Below are positions 1 through 10,310 of a DNA stretch of 64,000 nt, one piece after another. A model generated the notes under the pieces. That model worked only from the letters and a program-made list of their open reading frames with translations, made no database searches and was not told the DNA's origin. Made by a program: the position numbers and the translations under genes. Within the stretch, counting starts at the first letter, position 1. Each line of letters opens with the position of its first letter. This DNA comes from Escherichia coli (GTDB lineage Bacteria; Pseudomonadota; Gammaproteobacteria; Enterobacterales; Enterobacteriaceae): the NCBI RefSeq assembly GCF_003019035.1, contig NZ_CP027447.1; one strand, 5' to 3'.

Positions 1-518
<518 letters not shown>

Positions 519-610
519 CTAATCCTTTGAATTTACATAGTAAAAAAGATACTTTTCCTCATAGTGTGAGCTAATTTTATGTTTCGTTTGATGATCGGAC
601 CGGTCTCAAA

Positions 611-712
611 AACCGCAGGCACGTTGTATGCAAGAACGTGCTGTGGCTGGCTGGTGAACTTCCAATAGTGCGAATATTGAATGATTTCTATCTGTTATAG
701 ATTTTACCGTAT
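611..712. repeat. Conserved ~100-bp element, copy A (homologous to 5170-5268)
   Basis: About 75% identity to copy B. Hairpin CACGTT(620-625)/AACGTG(635-640) around loop GTATGCAAG; copy B has compensatory changes in the stem. Confidence 0.4.
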
Positions 713-947
713 TTCGGCATGAATGAAACTGAATATCCTCCCACCGATTCTCCATGACTTTACGCCACTGTCTCTAGGGCTGCTATGTGCCAGAGGCGGA
801 CGTTGTTAAAATAGAAAATATCCCAACCTTGTATGAGTCGTGCAATAATTTCGAACTTTATACAAAGCTTTGGTTGTAAAGGTGTATAACCACAAGTGAC
901 ATTAATCACATTTGTAAAGGCAAAATGCAACAAACTGAATTAGTTAA

Positions 948-1099
948 TTGCGTAAATTTGAAGTTATGTTAAGGTGGTGATGGTTTATGGGCAGATTTTG
1001 GGTCGCGTTTCGCGATCAGTGAAAAAAATGTCCGATAGGATTGCCTTTCAGGATCTCATGTTCCTCGCATTTCTTAAGGTTCTTGTCAAGTTTGCGTAA
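948..1099 (+). ncRNA. Candidate retron msr-msd non-coding RNA (speculative)
   Basis: Retron RTs normally have a cognate ncRNA just upstream. 948-961 (TTGCGTAAATTTGA) can pair with 1086-1099 (TCAAGTTTGCGTAA) over 14 bp including 3 G-U pairs, enclosing 124 nt and ending 35 nt before the RT start. No long msd-like hairpin was identified by eye. Confidence 0.2.
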
Positions 1100-1133
1100 G
1101 AGTGCCCATAAACCCTTTTAGAGGCGATCTAAA

Positions 1134-2969
1134 GTGAAACGACTACAATCATTAAAAGAAGCAAAAACAAAACCAGACTTGGCTAAGCTATTAGGAATCA
1201 AACCTTCAGCGTTAACATACTGCCTATATGTATTAAAACCTGAAAATCAATACACACAGTTTAAGATACCAAAAAAAAATGGCGGCGAACGGATAATAAG
1301 TGCACCTAACGGAATATTAAAGACGATACAGTCATCCTTATCAAGACTGCTTCTAGATTGCTTAGACGAAATAGTTTGCATTAAGTTTCCAGACTCAGAG
1401 TTAGCAAGGCAGAAAGCAAAAAACTCAAAAATATTAAAGTTAAAATGTTCCAACTCAGAAATCAAACAACCCTCACTGTCTCATGGATTTGAAAGAAAGC
1501 GTTCAATTATTACAAATGCAATGATGCACTTGGGGAAAAAATATGTTTTTAATATAGACTTGGATAATTTTTTCGGCAGTTTTAACTTTGGTAGAGTCCG
1601 AGGTTTTTTCATAAAAAATAGAAACTTTGCACTCGATCCGGAAATCGCAACTGTAATTGCTAAAATTGCGTGCTACAACAATGAACTACCCCAAGGCAGC
1701 CCATGCTCCCCAGTAATCACTAATCTAATCACTCACTCGTTAGACATTAAACTGGCAGCGATTGCATCAAGAAACTCATCCACTTTTACAAGATATGCTG
1801 ATGATATTACATTCTCTACGAGGAAGGGGGAGTTTCCTTCTGCTATAGCAAAAAATCAAAATGGTAAATATATCGTTAGTAAGAAAATTAGGGGCGAGAT
1901 AACTCGCTCAGGTTTTATAATTAATGATGGGAAGACAAGAAATCAGTATAAAGACTCGAGGCAAGATGTAACAGGCTTAGTGGTTAATAAAAAGCCAAAC
2001 ACGAAAAAAGAATATTGGAGGCTTGTGCGTGCGCAATGTGACCATTTATTTAAACATGGTGAGTTCTTAGAGGTGATTGACGGCAAGGAAATAAAGGGGA
2101 ATGTTAATACCCTTGCAGGCAAACTTAACTTCATAGACCAAGTTGACCACTATAATAGATTGCGTCAAGGCGAAAAATTAAATCCAAAATATCACTTAAA
2201 AAAAGATGCCAATAAAAATGGCCATGCCAAAAAAAGGCGTTACTTACATAGTTCTAGAGAAAAAACGTTTAGTGAGTTTCTCTTCTATCGTTTATTTTAT
2301 GGCAATGAATTACCAACAATTCTTACGGAAGGTAAAACTGACAATATTTATCTGAAGGCAGCAATACATAAGTTAGCCTCATCATTCCCTAATTTGGCGG
2401 TCGCTGAAAGTCCAGGGCTCTCTTATAAGCCACGGACTAAATTTGTTAACTACAATGAGCGGACAAAATATTTACTTGAACTTTATGGTGGTGCTGATTA
2501 TTTAAAGGATTTTGTTATTCATTATAAACAACACTTTAATCGTTATAAGGCTCCCAAACCATCTAATCCAGTAATTATACTTGTTGATAATGATAGCGGA
2601 CCAAAAGATCTGATTAATTACGTTAGTAAAGTTGATAATATTGGTATTTTCCCCACAGGTGTTCCAGATATCCGCGCCTCTGAGTTTGTACATATTTTTT
2701 GTAATCTTTATTTAGTGCTTACCCCTCAAGTTAAGGGATATACAGGAACTGATATAGAGCATTTTTTTAAAGATGCAGATCGACTTAGACCACATAAAGG
2801 TAAGTTTTTCAATACAGTCTCTAAGCGTGATCATGATAATGATTTGAGCAAGGAATCTTTCGCAACTCATATTGTTCATGCCCACAAGCATGAAATTGAT
2901 TTTAGTGGATTTACAAGCCTGTTAGAACGGTTAGTAAAAGTCATAAATCACTTTGACACTGTTAAGTAA
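1134..2969 (+). CDS. Retron-type reverse transcriptase fused to C-terminal TOPRIM-like domain (611 aa)
   Basis: GTG start with GAGG 9 nt upstream. RT motifs: KKNGGERIISAP (aa 47-58), NAxxH as ITNAMMH (aa 126-132), IDLDNFF (aa 141-147), LPQGSPCSP (aa 185-193), YADD (aa 221-224, nt 1794-1805), VTG (aa 280-282). C-terminus: ILTEGKTD (E399, nt 2328-2330) and ILVDNDSGP (D485/D487, nt 2586-2594), the Glu plus DxD pattern of TOPRIM. Visibly AT-rich relative to flanking core genes. Confidence 0.8.
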   Translation: MKRLQSLKEAKTKPDLAKLLGIKPSALTYCLYVLKPENQYTQFKIPKKNGGERIISAPNGILKTIQSSLSRLLLDCLDEIVCIKFPDSELARQKAKNSKILKLKCSNSEIKQPSLSHGFERKRSIITNAMMHLGKKYVFNIDLDNFFGSFNFGRVRGFFIKNRNFALDPEIATVIAKIACYNNELPQGSPCSPVITNLITHSLDIKLAAIASRNSSTFTRYADDITFSTRKGEFPSAIAKNQNGKYIVSKKIRGEITRSGFIINDGKTRNQYKDSRQDVTGLVVNKKPNTKKEYWRLVRAQCDHLFKHGEFLEVIDGKEIKGNVNTLAGKLNFIDQVDHYNRLRQGEKLNPKYHLKKDANKNGHAKKRRYLHSSREKTFSEFLFYRLFYGNELPTILTEGKTDNIYLKAAIHKLASSFPNLAVAESPGLSYKPRTKFVNYNERTKYLLELYGGADYLKDFVIHYKQHFNRYKAPKPSNPVIILVDNDSGPKDLINYVSKVDNIGIFPTGVPDIRASEFVHIFCNLYLVLTPQVKGYTGTDIEHFFKDADRLRPHKGKFFNTVSKRDHDNDLSKESFATHIVHAHKHEIDFSGFTSLLERLVKVINHFDTVK

Positions 2970-3197
2970 TATTATGATGCGCACTGATTATTCCTTATTC
3001 AGCTAAAATTTCTACTGTAGTCCCAACTTCCGTTCCTCGCTCATAACAGACATTCACTACAGTTATGGTAGAAGGTATGCATGCTGGGTGGGGAAAGTAT
3101 GAAGGAAAAGAAGACTGCTGCGCCGTTTGTTGTCACATTTATCTTCATTGGCTATGCAAGTCGTAATACAAGGTGGGACAAAACTGAGACACATAAG

Positions 3198-3230
3198 GCC
3201 TCGCAATGACTTGCAAGGCTTTACATGTTT
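3198..3230 (+). terminator. Possible intrinsic terminator downstream of the RT gene
   Basis: Imperfect hairpin GCCTCGCAA/TTGCAAGGC (3198-3219, loop TGAC) followed by a T-rich stretch. Confidence 0.25.
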
Positions 3231-3298
3231 TGATGTGGTGGGACGTGTGAGCGCAGTGTTGATGGGGTAATGCTTTGAATTAGAAGCGGATTCTTATA

Positions 3299-3344
3299 AT
3301 TCGTAATGCGAAGGTCGTAGGTTCGACTCCTATTATCGGCACCA
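3299..3344 (+). pseudogene. thrW: 3' fragment (46 nt) of tRNA-Thr(CGU) thrW; island att junction
   Basis: ATTCGTAATGCGAAGGTCGTAGGTTCGACTCCTATTATCGGCACCA matches the anticodon loop (CGT), T-arm and acceptor 3' strand with CCA of thrW as I recall it. The 5' half (GCCGATATAGCTCAG...) is absent, so this is not an intact tRNA gene. Confidence 0.7.
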
Positions 3345-3707
3345 TTTAAATCAATAAGTTATCTCACATTTAAGTAAACTACGTTCTCCTCTTGTGCCTT
3401 TGATTTTGCTCGCGTGCGCGGTGAAATGCCTGACTGAAAGGTGAGCATATCGACGAACCATTTCGAGAGTTTCCCATCTGCTCATTTTTAAGTGCAAGCA
3501 GGAAAACACCGGACTAAACCAATCAGCTGTTCGAAAATGGCAAGCGGATTAATATGCCATGGCGGGGCAGCTTTGAGCCGCACGCATGGGGTGTGGCAAG
3601 CCTGATGGATTTTGCTGTGCCTGTGGTGGCGTGTTTGCTGGTTTGGCTGTTGGTTAAACGCGAAAGTCATAATGCCAGGGGAATACCGCAGGGTGTTCAG
3701 GTTTTGC

Positions 3708-3734
3708 ATAAAAAAGCCCACCATTAAGGTGGGC
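3708..3734 (-). terminator. Intrinsic terminator active on the minus strand
   Basis: GCCCACC(3716-3722)-ATTAA-GGTGGGC(3728-3734) with A6 at 3710-3715, giving a U6 tail only on the minus-strand transcript. Confidence 0.45.
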
Positions 3735-3941
3735 AAAAGGAATGATTTATATTCTCTGAGAGAAACATTACATTTCTCCTTGTCACTTCTAACATAAAAA
3801 TATGGAGAAATAATGGAGCTTATATTAATTGGCGATTAGGTAACCATGTGGTTATACAAAACAATACAGTTCTTTACATTTGCCTTGTTTTATGAATACT
3901 CCTGAAGAGGTGTACAACATAATTAAACAAACAGGGTAAAT

Positions 3942-4556
3942 ATGAATATATTTGAACAAACTCCACCGAACCGCAGACGTTATGGTCTTGCTGCATTCAT
4001 TGGGCTGATTGCTGGCGTTGTTTCCGCATTTGTGAAGTGGGGGGCTGAAGTTCCATTGCCGCCACGTAGCCCGGTGGATATGTTTAATGCAGCGTGTGGT
4101 CCGGAATCATTAATCAGGGCTGCTGGGCAAATTGATTGCTCCCGTAATTTTCTCAATCCTCCGTATATTTTTCTTCGAGACTGGCTGGGGCTGACAGATC
4201 CCAATGCGGCTGTTTATACCTTTGCCGGGCATGTCTTTAACTGGGTTGGTGTTACGCACATTATCTTTTCGATAGTGTTTGCTGTCGGTTATTGTGTGGT
4301 CGCTGAAGTATTTCCAAAAATTAAACTCTGGCAGGGCTTACTGGCAGGTGCTTTAGCCCAACTTTTTGTTCATATGATTTCATTCCCTCTCATGGGACTG
4401 ACGCCACCTCTGTTTGATCTCCCGTGGTATGAGAATGTTTCTGAAATTTTTGGACATTTAGTCTGGTTCTGGTCCATTGAAATTATTCGCAGAGATTTAC
4501 GAAACAGAATTACTCATGAGCCAGACCCTGAGATCCCTTTAGGCTCAAACAGATAA
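3942..4556 (+). CDS. yagU: Inner membrane protein YagU (DUF1440)
   Basis: 204-aa [28 protein letters not shown]..., recognised as YagU; hydrophobic segments. Confidence 0.9.
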
Positions 4557-4570
4557 TGCATTGAATGATA

Positions 4571-4600
4571 AAAATGGCGCAAATACAGCGCCATTTTTAT
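4571..4600. terminator. Bidirectional intrinsic terminator between convergent yagU and ykgJ
   Basis: Stem ATGGCGC(4574-4580)/GCGCCAT(4588-4594), loop AAATACA, flanked by A-run upstream and T-run downstream. Confidence 0.5.
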
Positions 4601-4805
4601 AGGTTAAAAACATTGTTTTTAACTTTCTGATGGCAGATAGCCAGTGAGTACATCGCGCTACTTCAGGATGCTGTAGATCCGGAGAACACTATAGAGGAAG
4701 AGGCATTGTTGCTGGCAGATGGAAGAAGTTTCGGGTTTTGTTATCCCTGAAAAACGAAGCCCCGCGATTATAGCTGGCGGGGCAGTGCAATTAATTATTG
4801 CATAT

Positions 4806-5135
4806 TTATAACGGTGTCAGCCCGTATTTAGCTCTTGCACGATTGCAAGCCTCATTGACGACTCCGTTCTCACCAGACATGGCGAATTCTCTGCACGTGG
4901 AAGATCGATTTTTATATATCGTGCAGCAGGCATTTTTGCCCGGTGTTCCTGCAAGGGCAATACATCGGGGGTTTTTCTGATTGGTACCGCTCATGCATCG
5001 GTGAAAAGGGGATATTTGTTCAGTGAGCCTGGCGGGAATGGTACCGCCAGCATCGTCGGCTTCGGCCCAGTAAAAAGAGACGCGGAAAAATGCACAACAG
5101 GCACCACACGTCATGCATGGATTCAGATTGCTCAT
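4806..5135 (-). CDS. ykgJ: YkgJ, putative zinc/iron-chelating (ferredoxin-like) protein
   Basis: 109-aa [20 protein letters not shown]... with CxxCxxCC motif. Confidence 0.85.
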
Positions 5136-5169
5136 AATTCACCAGTACAGCTATAAATCGTAAAGAGAA

Positions 5170-5268
5170 CTGCGGTACGTCGTATGCAGGGACGTATCGC
5201 GGTTGGCTGGTGTACTTTCGATAGTGTGAGTATTGAATGATTTCCAGCCGTTACCGATTTTACGTCCT
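5170..5268. repeat. Conserved ~100-bp element, copy B (ykgJ-ecpE intergenic)
   Basis: Hairpin TACGTC(5176-5181)/GACGTA(5191-5196) around loop GTATGCAGG, followed by GGCTGGTG...ATAGTG.GA.TATTGAATGATTTC shared with copy A. Confidence 0.4.
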
Positions 5269-5447
5269 AATTAGTGAAGAAACCACTCGTTAGCAGGCCG
5301 CCTGGTACCTTTCCGTGTCTCCTGAACACTATGGTGTACATATGAGAAAGCTCATCGTTACAGGTGACATTGACGATCGCTTCCACATCATTTAAACGAT
5401 TTTTGAGTCTCTGAGGTGGAATTCTTCCCTCGTCCGATGGATAAGTC

Positions 5448-6158
5448 TTAGTCCGCCGAAGGGGGCTTAGCAGGACAGGAATCGCTAATCTTAATGAATT
5501 TGTCGTTATAGACCAGATAATGATTCCCCGGCTGACGTAACTCAGGCTGATGAACCACGTCTCCCGGACGTAGATACCAGGCGTCGCCTTCCTCTTCGGT
5601 CGAATCACATCCTGGTTTAATCAGTAGCTTAAACCACGTGTTGCCGGTGTTACTTACCGTTCCTGTCACCTGGTCGAAGGACCATTTAAACTGAACCTGA
5701 CGTGGTCGTACTACCAGAATGGTATCCATCACCACCACCGGCTCCGTGCTGACCTCACCGCCGGTTGGGCTGCGTTTTGTCAGGTTACGAGTGGGGACCT
5801 CGCGAAATGAGACCCGGTAGTAGCGCTCGCGGTTATCCCGTGGACCATGATAGTAAAATTTAAAATACTCGCTCTCACCAGCCTGCAACGCCAGCTGGCG
5901 GGGGGCGAAAAGCAGTTCACCATCCACCGGTCGGGTGCGCAATTCACTGCTGCCCGGGCTATCAATAGCACTGATGGCAATACGGTATATCCGTGCGCTT
6001 TTGTTGTTATTCACTACACGTTTGCTGACAAAGTCAGTCTCGGACGGCAGCGAAAATGTCAGATTGCCGACCGAAATCGCCTGTGTCAAAGGTGCCGACA
6101 GCATACAGACCGCTGTCAGCAGGGCCTTAGTTAATGTTACGCCACGTCGCCTGAACAT
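5448..6158 (-). CDS. ecpE: E. coli common pilus chaperone EcpE
   Basis: ORF 5448..6203; start set at internal MFRRRG to give the 236-aa length I recall for EcpE. Signal peptide present. Confidence 0.85.
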   Translation of the reverse strand: MFRRRGVTLTKALLTAVCMLSAPLTQAISVGNLTFSLPSETDFVSKRVVNNNKSARIYRIAISAIDSPGSSELRTRPVDGELLFAPRQLALQAGESEYFKFYYHGPRDNRERYYRVSFREVPTRNLTKRSPTGGEVSTEPVVVMDTILVVRPRQVQFKWSFDQVTGTVSNTGNTWFKLLIKPGCDSTEEEGDAWYLRPGDVVHQPELRQPGNHYLVYNDKFIKISDSCPAKPPSAD

Positions 6159-7770
6159 GAATTTCTCCTGAAGCGCTGACTTCGCCAAACCAGCCGTTAT
6201 CATCTACCGTACGCAGCGAAATGGCGTTATCCATTGGAATCGAAAATTTGACTGTGGTCTTATCCATCTGCCCCACTTCGCCAGAGATATCAGTCCACGG
6301 TGTAGTCAGCCACAGCGCATCGGTCATATCCCGCCAGCTATCATCGCACCCGGCATCGTAGGTTTTTGTAGCTCCGTTGCGGGTAATAAAGGAAAGCGTC
6401 GCCGGGAACGGTACTTTCGCCTTACCGTCATCGGAGCTGAGGACACAATAGGAGCGTCCGCCAATCACCTGCGCGGGTCCGGTCACCTTGATCAGCACTT
6501 CGTCGGCAGCTGTTTTACCGCTGGTGGTTACGATATAGCCGAAATCGAGTGCCGACTCGCCGCTGCCAACATATCCCTCCCGCGACGGTGTCTGAGTATA
6601 TTCATCGGAGATAATACTGATGCTGAAATCACGGGGTTTGATAATCAGCGTGTTGGAGGTAGAAAATTCATACCAGCCAGACTCCGGTGATGTGGTGTTC
6701 TGAAAGCGAAAGTTGAACAGATCTTTGGTGTTGATATCGCTGATCCCAAGGTTCACCATTTGCTTAAAGAAGTTGCTCGAGAAGAAAACATAGATCGAGT
6801 CTGCGCTCTTCATCTCGTTGAAGGTGTAGTAATAGGCGGTATTGCTCACCGGTTTCCATGAACTGCCATTCAGACTGAACTGCATATCGTACGCCCCGAC
6901 GGCCGAGGCTAACGACGAGTTGGCGATCGCCGGGAAGATATGGATTGAGGTGTTGCTGAGCCCGTTTGTTTGCAGGGTATAGTTAACCATCTTACAACTT
7001 AATCCTGAACGGCTGCCGATGGTTTGCGTCCGGCAGTCGGCGTTCCCTTCGCCCAGAGTCGGAACTCCGTCGCTGTTGATAAATACTTCCGCCAGCGAGT
7101 GGGTATTTATCAACCGCAGATTTGCTGCTTTCGTATGGGTGACGTTGCGAACATACCAGTTGCCGGAGGCCTGATCCTTACAGCGTGCGCCGCTGCTGGC
7201 ATCATAGTTCACAGAGGTCTGGCAGGCATTGATGGTCATTGTAAAGCTGCTGCCGACGGGCATTTGTTGCAGATACTGGTAAAACGCGTCTGACAACATG
7301 CCGTGCATCCACTTCGCGCCGCCGCTGGTCACCGTCGCGCCATAAAATCCACTGGCGTCGGTGGTTTGCGGCAGGATAAGACTGGTGGTCATATTACACC
7401 CAGCGTACCAGTTGATGCAGCGCAAGCCAGTTAAAGGAGATGAAACTGGTGAATTTTCCAGCCACATATCAAACTTCCAGTTGGTATAAAGGCCGGTGTT
7501 GTAACCGTTATCAATGTAGCCGAGGCTTTGCTGATAGATGGTTCCTGAACCATTGTATTTTAAACCGGTCCAGCGGTTGGCACCGGTCAGGCGCGGATCC
7601 AGCGCCCCGCCAGGAGTGACGAAAAAGTTGTCGTCTGAGTTGTTTTCGACAAACACAAACTCGCGTGCCGGAGCATCCGCCCAGGTTGTTTTGCTCACTG
7701 CCGCTCTGAGCGCGGTTGCAGGCCAGATTAGCGCAAAGATTATCATCGCTATCAGTAGGTTAACTCTCAT
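6127..7770 (-). CDS. ecpD: E. coli common pilus tip adhesin EcpD
   Basis: 547-aa ORF with signal peptide, in the ecp operon order. Confidence 0.9.
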   Translation of the reverse strand: MRVNLLIAMIIFALIWPATALRAAVSKTTWADAPAREFVFVENNSDDNFFVTPGGALDPRLTGANRWTGLKYNGSGTIYQQSLGYIDNGYNTGLYTNWKFDMWLENSPVSSPLTGLRCINWYAGCNMTTSLILPQTTDASGFYGATVTSGGAKWMHGMLSDAFYQYLQQMPVGSSFTMTINACQTSVNYDASSGARCKDQASGNWYVRNVTHTKAANLRLINTHSLAEVFINSDGVPTLGEGNADCRTQTIGSRSGLSCKMVNYTLQTNGLSNTSIHIFPAIANSSLASAVGAYDMQFSLNGSSWKPVSNTAYYYTFNEMKSADSIYVFFSSNFFKQMVNLGISDINTKDLFNFRFQNTTSPESGWYEFSTSNTLIIKPRDFSISIISDEYTQTPSREGYVGSGESALDFGYIVTTSGKTAADEVLIKVTGPAQVIGGRSYCVLSSDDGKAKVPFPATLSFITRNGATKTYDAGCDDSWRDMTDALWLTTPWTDISGEVGQMDKTTVKFSIPMDNAISLRTVDDNGWFGEVSASGEIHVQATWRNIN

Positions 7771-10285
7771 TCTCTTCTCCTGTCTGCGTCACCGCCGCCC
7801 ACGATGAGAGGCCGCTGCAGACCACATCACCGACCCAGACTGCACCGCGCGCCTGATTGAGTTCCAGTGCCACTTCGCAGGTTTTATTGCCACTGTAGCG
7901 AAAATCGATAGTGGGGTATTTCTTATCCACGTCCATGACAAACTCGCCGTTTTCATCGGTTCGGGTTCGGCCGATATGGTTGTTAATCCGTGCGTTAGCC
8001 AGCAGTGTGCCGTCTTCCGCACGGATACGACCGGAGACGGTAACCATCTGCTTCACCTCTGGCTCAATGACAGCGACATTGCCTGGATAGAGAGTCAGAT
8101 GACTTTTGCGACCGCTGACGATATCGTAACTGTCGAGTGAGTTTTTGCTGTTCTGTAACTCCACCTCATATCTTCCATAGGGAGAGAGCGGGAGATAGTT
8201 ACGCTTGCCGTTAAGCGGGAAAATCCGTCCGTTGATTTTGGCGCTGATCTGACCGTCGTCCTCCAGCCCGGTGTTGAATATCACCCCAGCGTTGCCATCA
8301 GTCCGCCCGCTGGCAGCAATGTTTTTACCCTGCCAGCCGACGCTGCCATTGGCGGTCAAGTTGGTATTGACGTAGCCGTCCGCCGCGCTATTGACGTTCA
8401 GCGTTCCGCTGGCGTAACGAGCGTCGAACTGTGCATACGCCCCACCGCTGAGGGTTTTGTCATCACCGGTATCGCCGGAGATGGCTCGTGACAGATTGGC
8501 ACCAACAGTGCGAATGGTTCCTTCATCAAACTGTTTGCGTGCTGACAGGTTTGCCATGGTGTAGCCGTTTTGATGGGTCATCCCTGCGCTAAACCAGTTG
8601 CCCAGTGGTAGCGAGAGATCGAGAGCGATATATTTCCCTGTATTGGCGCTGCTGTCGCCGTTGTTATAGCGCTGAATACCGGCCCGCAGGCCAAGCGAAC
8701 CAAAGGTACCGCTGTAGACACTTTGATAGTAATCTGCCGTGTAATAATGGCTGTTGTAACGGCGGTCATCATTGTAGCTGATGCTGAATGTGCCCAGCTT
8801 CGACCACAGTGAGTTCAGGTTGAGTGTGCCGCCGATTGCACGGTTGTCGGCATCGCTACGTCGCAATTGATTGCCAATGCGGGTTTTTTCCTGGTTAACC
8901 CACAGCGAACTGAAGCCTCCAGGTAGAGTGGCGCTGATGCTGGCGATGTTGCTCCATGAGCTGTCACTGGCCAGCATGTTTTGCAGGTTAACGTTGATCG
9001 CCCCCCCAAGCGGCAGCGTCAGACGGGTTTCACCCACCGCCTGATTATCGTATCCATATCCCGTTGCCGCCCAGCTAAGCGTACTCAGTGAGCCGGAGGT
9101 CGAGGCACCTGCCAGCCAACTCTCTTTAGCTGGTCGCGTCTTTTTCCCGTTTTCCGACCAGCGATCCATATGAAAGCTACCGCCCCATATCTGCCACGCC
9201 AGTGGTGCACCGACGCCGCGCCCCCGGCTAAACAGCTTATTGACCCGTTGAGTGCGTTTGCTAATCACGCGACCGTTAACGATGACCTCAACTTCCACAT
9301 CGTAAATACCGTACGGTAGACCCCGGGTATCCACTTCATGATTGCCCATGGTGAAGTTCTGAACGCTTAGTAACCGCCCATCACGGGTGAGATGTACTTC
9401 GCCCGCCGCCGGTAAAAAGGCGATCACTGGCGTGGCTGACTGGCTGCTGTCGAAGATGGTGGAGCTGGCCTGGTTTCCCCAGGAAAGGCCGTAAATCTTC
9501 CCTGCTGAAATGGCGGTCATCGGCCCTAAGGACTGCAAGTTCCAGGTGTCGAGCATTCCACCGGCAAATCGGTGACCGGCAAAATCGCGTTCATACATCG
9601 CTTTATATAATTCACTGTCCTGTTGACCGCTACCGATCCCGTACAGCGAGCCGTCGAGCACCACATGATGTTCGCGCAGTGCAGTAACGTTATTCAGCGA
9701 CAGATAGCTGGATGTGTTGCTCCCGCCGTTACGCAACTGGTTGTTATAGACGCCGAAGTTATAGCTCAGATTACTGCTGAGGGTGTTAACACTGGACTGC
9801 CCGATGTCTTCGCTACGTGAGCGTAGTACAGTGCCCAGCGCTTCGCGCTTGACCACCAGCTGCAGCAGCAGTTGGCGCAAGCTGAGATCCAGCTGCGCGT
9901 TGTCAGTCAGGGGGATGGTAAGGGCCTCATTGAACGGGGCGTTCGCCAGAGCCATCAGCTGCTGTCGAGTTTGTTCGCTGACACTGGCGTTATCTTCACT
10001 CTCTTCCAGCTGTATTTTCCGGATGCGTAGCTGTCCATCATCCAACCAGATAAAAGCGCTGCCGATTCGCTGATCGTCCTGGCGACCCTGGCTACCGGCG
10101 AGATGAATATAAAGCGGGACGCTCATGCCGTCCTGGAGCGCCTGACTGAAGGCCTGCGGAATAATCACCCCACCTATTTGCTGCGCACTTATGTCAGCAG
10201 CGCTGGCATCGGGCTGAACGAACAAAAAGACCATGCCGAAGGCAAACTGGGCTTTCAGTCCTGGGGAGAACCGTCGTAAAGGCAT
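7760..10285 (-). CDS. ecpC: E. coli common pilus outer membrane usher EcpC
   Basis: 841-aa ORF, usher-sized, between ecpD and ecpB. Confidence 0.9.
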   Translation of the reverse strand: MPLRRFSPGLKAQFAFGMVFLFVQPDASAADISAQQIGGVIIPQAFSQALQDGMSVPLYIHLAGSQGRQDDQRIGSAFIWLDDGQLRIRKIQLEESEDNASVSEQTRQQLMALANAPFNEALTIPLTDNAQLDLSLRQLLLQLVVKREALGTVLRSRSEDIGQSSVNTLSSNLSYNFGVYNNQLRNGGSNTSSYLSLNNVTALREHHVVLDGSLYGIGSGQQDSELYKAMYERDFAGHRFAGGMLDTWNLQSLGPMTAISAGKIYGLSWGNQASSTIFDSSQSATPVIAFLPAAGEVHLTRDGRLLSVQNFTMGNHEVDTRGLPYGIYDVEVEVIVNGRVISKRTQRVNKLFSRGRGVGAPLAWQIWGGSFHMDRWSENGKKTRPAKESWLAGASTSGSLSTLSWAATGYGYDNQAVGETRLTLPLGGAINVNLQNMLASDSSWSNIASISATLPGGFSSLWVNQEKTRIGNQLRRSDADNRAIGGTLNLNSLWSKLGTFSISYNDDRRYNSHYYTADYYQSVYSGTFGSLGLRAGIQRYNNGDSSANTGKYIALDLSLPLGNWFSAGMTHQNGYTMANLSARKQFDEGTIRTVGANLSRAISGDTGDDKTLSGGAYAQFDARYASGTLNVNSAADGYVNTNLTANGSVGWQGKNIAASGRTDGNAGVIFNTGLEDDGQISAKINGRIFPLNGKRNYLPLSPYGRYEVELQNSKNSLDSYDIVSGRKSHLTLYPGNVAVIEPEVKQMVTVSGRIRAEDGTLLANARINNHIGRTRTDENGEFVMDVDKKYPTIDFRYSGNKTCEVALELNQARGAVWVGDVVCSGLSSWAAVTQTGEENES

Positions 10286-10310
10286 TGTCGTTATCCATCT
10301 GCACAGCTAT

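Noticed and set aside
628-684. Tiny ORFs whose ATG sits in the loop of the conserved hairpin (9 aa here, 18 aa at 5184-5240)
   Set aside because: No Shine-Dalgarno, lengths differ between copies, and the ATG is part of the conserved loop GTATGCA; more likely structure than coding.
1083-1112. Possible sigma70 promoter (TTGTCA -35, CATAAA -10) for the RT gene
   Set aside because: The -10 match is weak and it overlaps the proposed ncRNA 3' repeat; cannot be supported without transcript data.
2970-3298. Looked for an integrase gene or remnant next to the thrW fragment
   Set aside because: No ORF with integrase-like motifs in this interval; the integrase, if any, is expected at the other island end outside the window.
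3488-3736. 82-aa minus-strand ORF between the thrW fragment and yagU
   Set aside because: Its start codon lies inside the terminator hairpin, the sequence is low-complexity, and there is no ribosome-binding site; probably a chance ORF.
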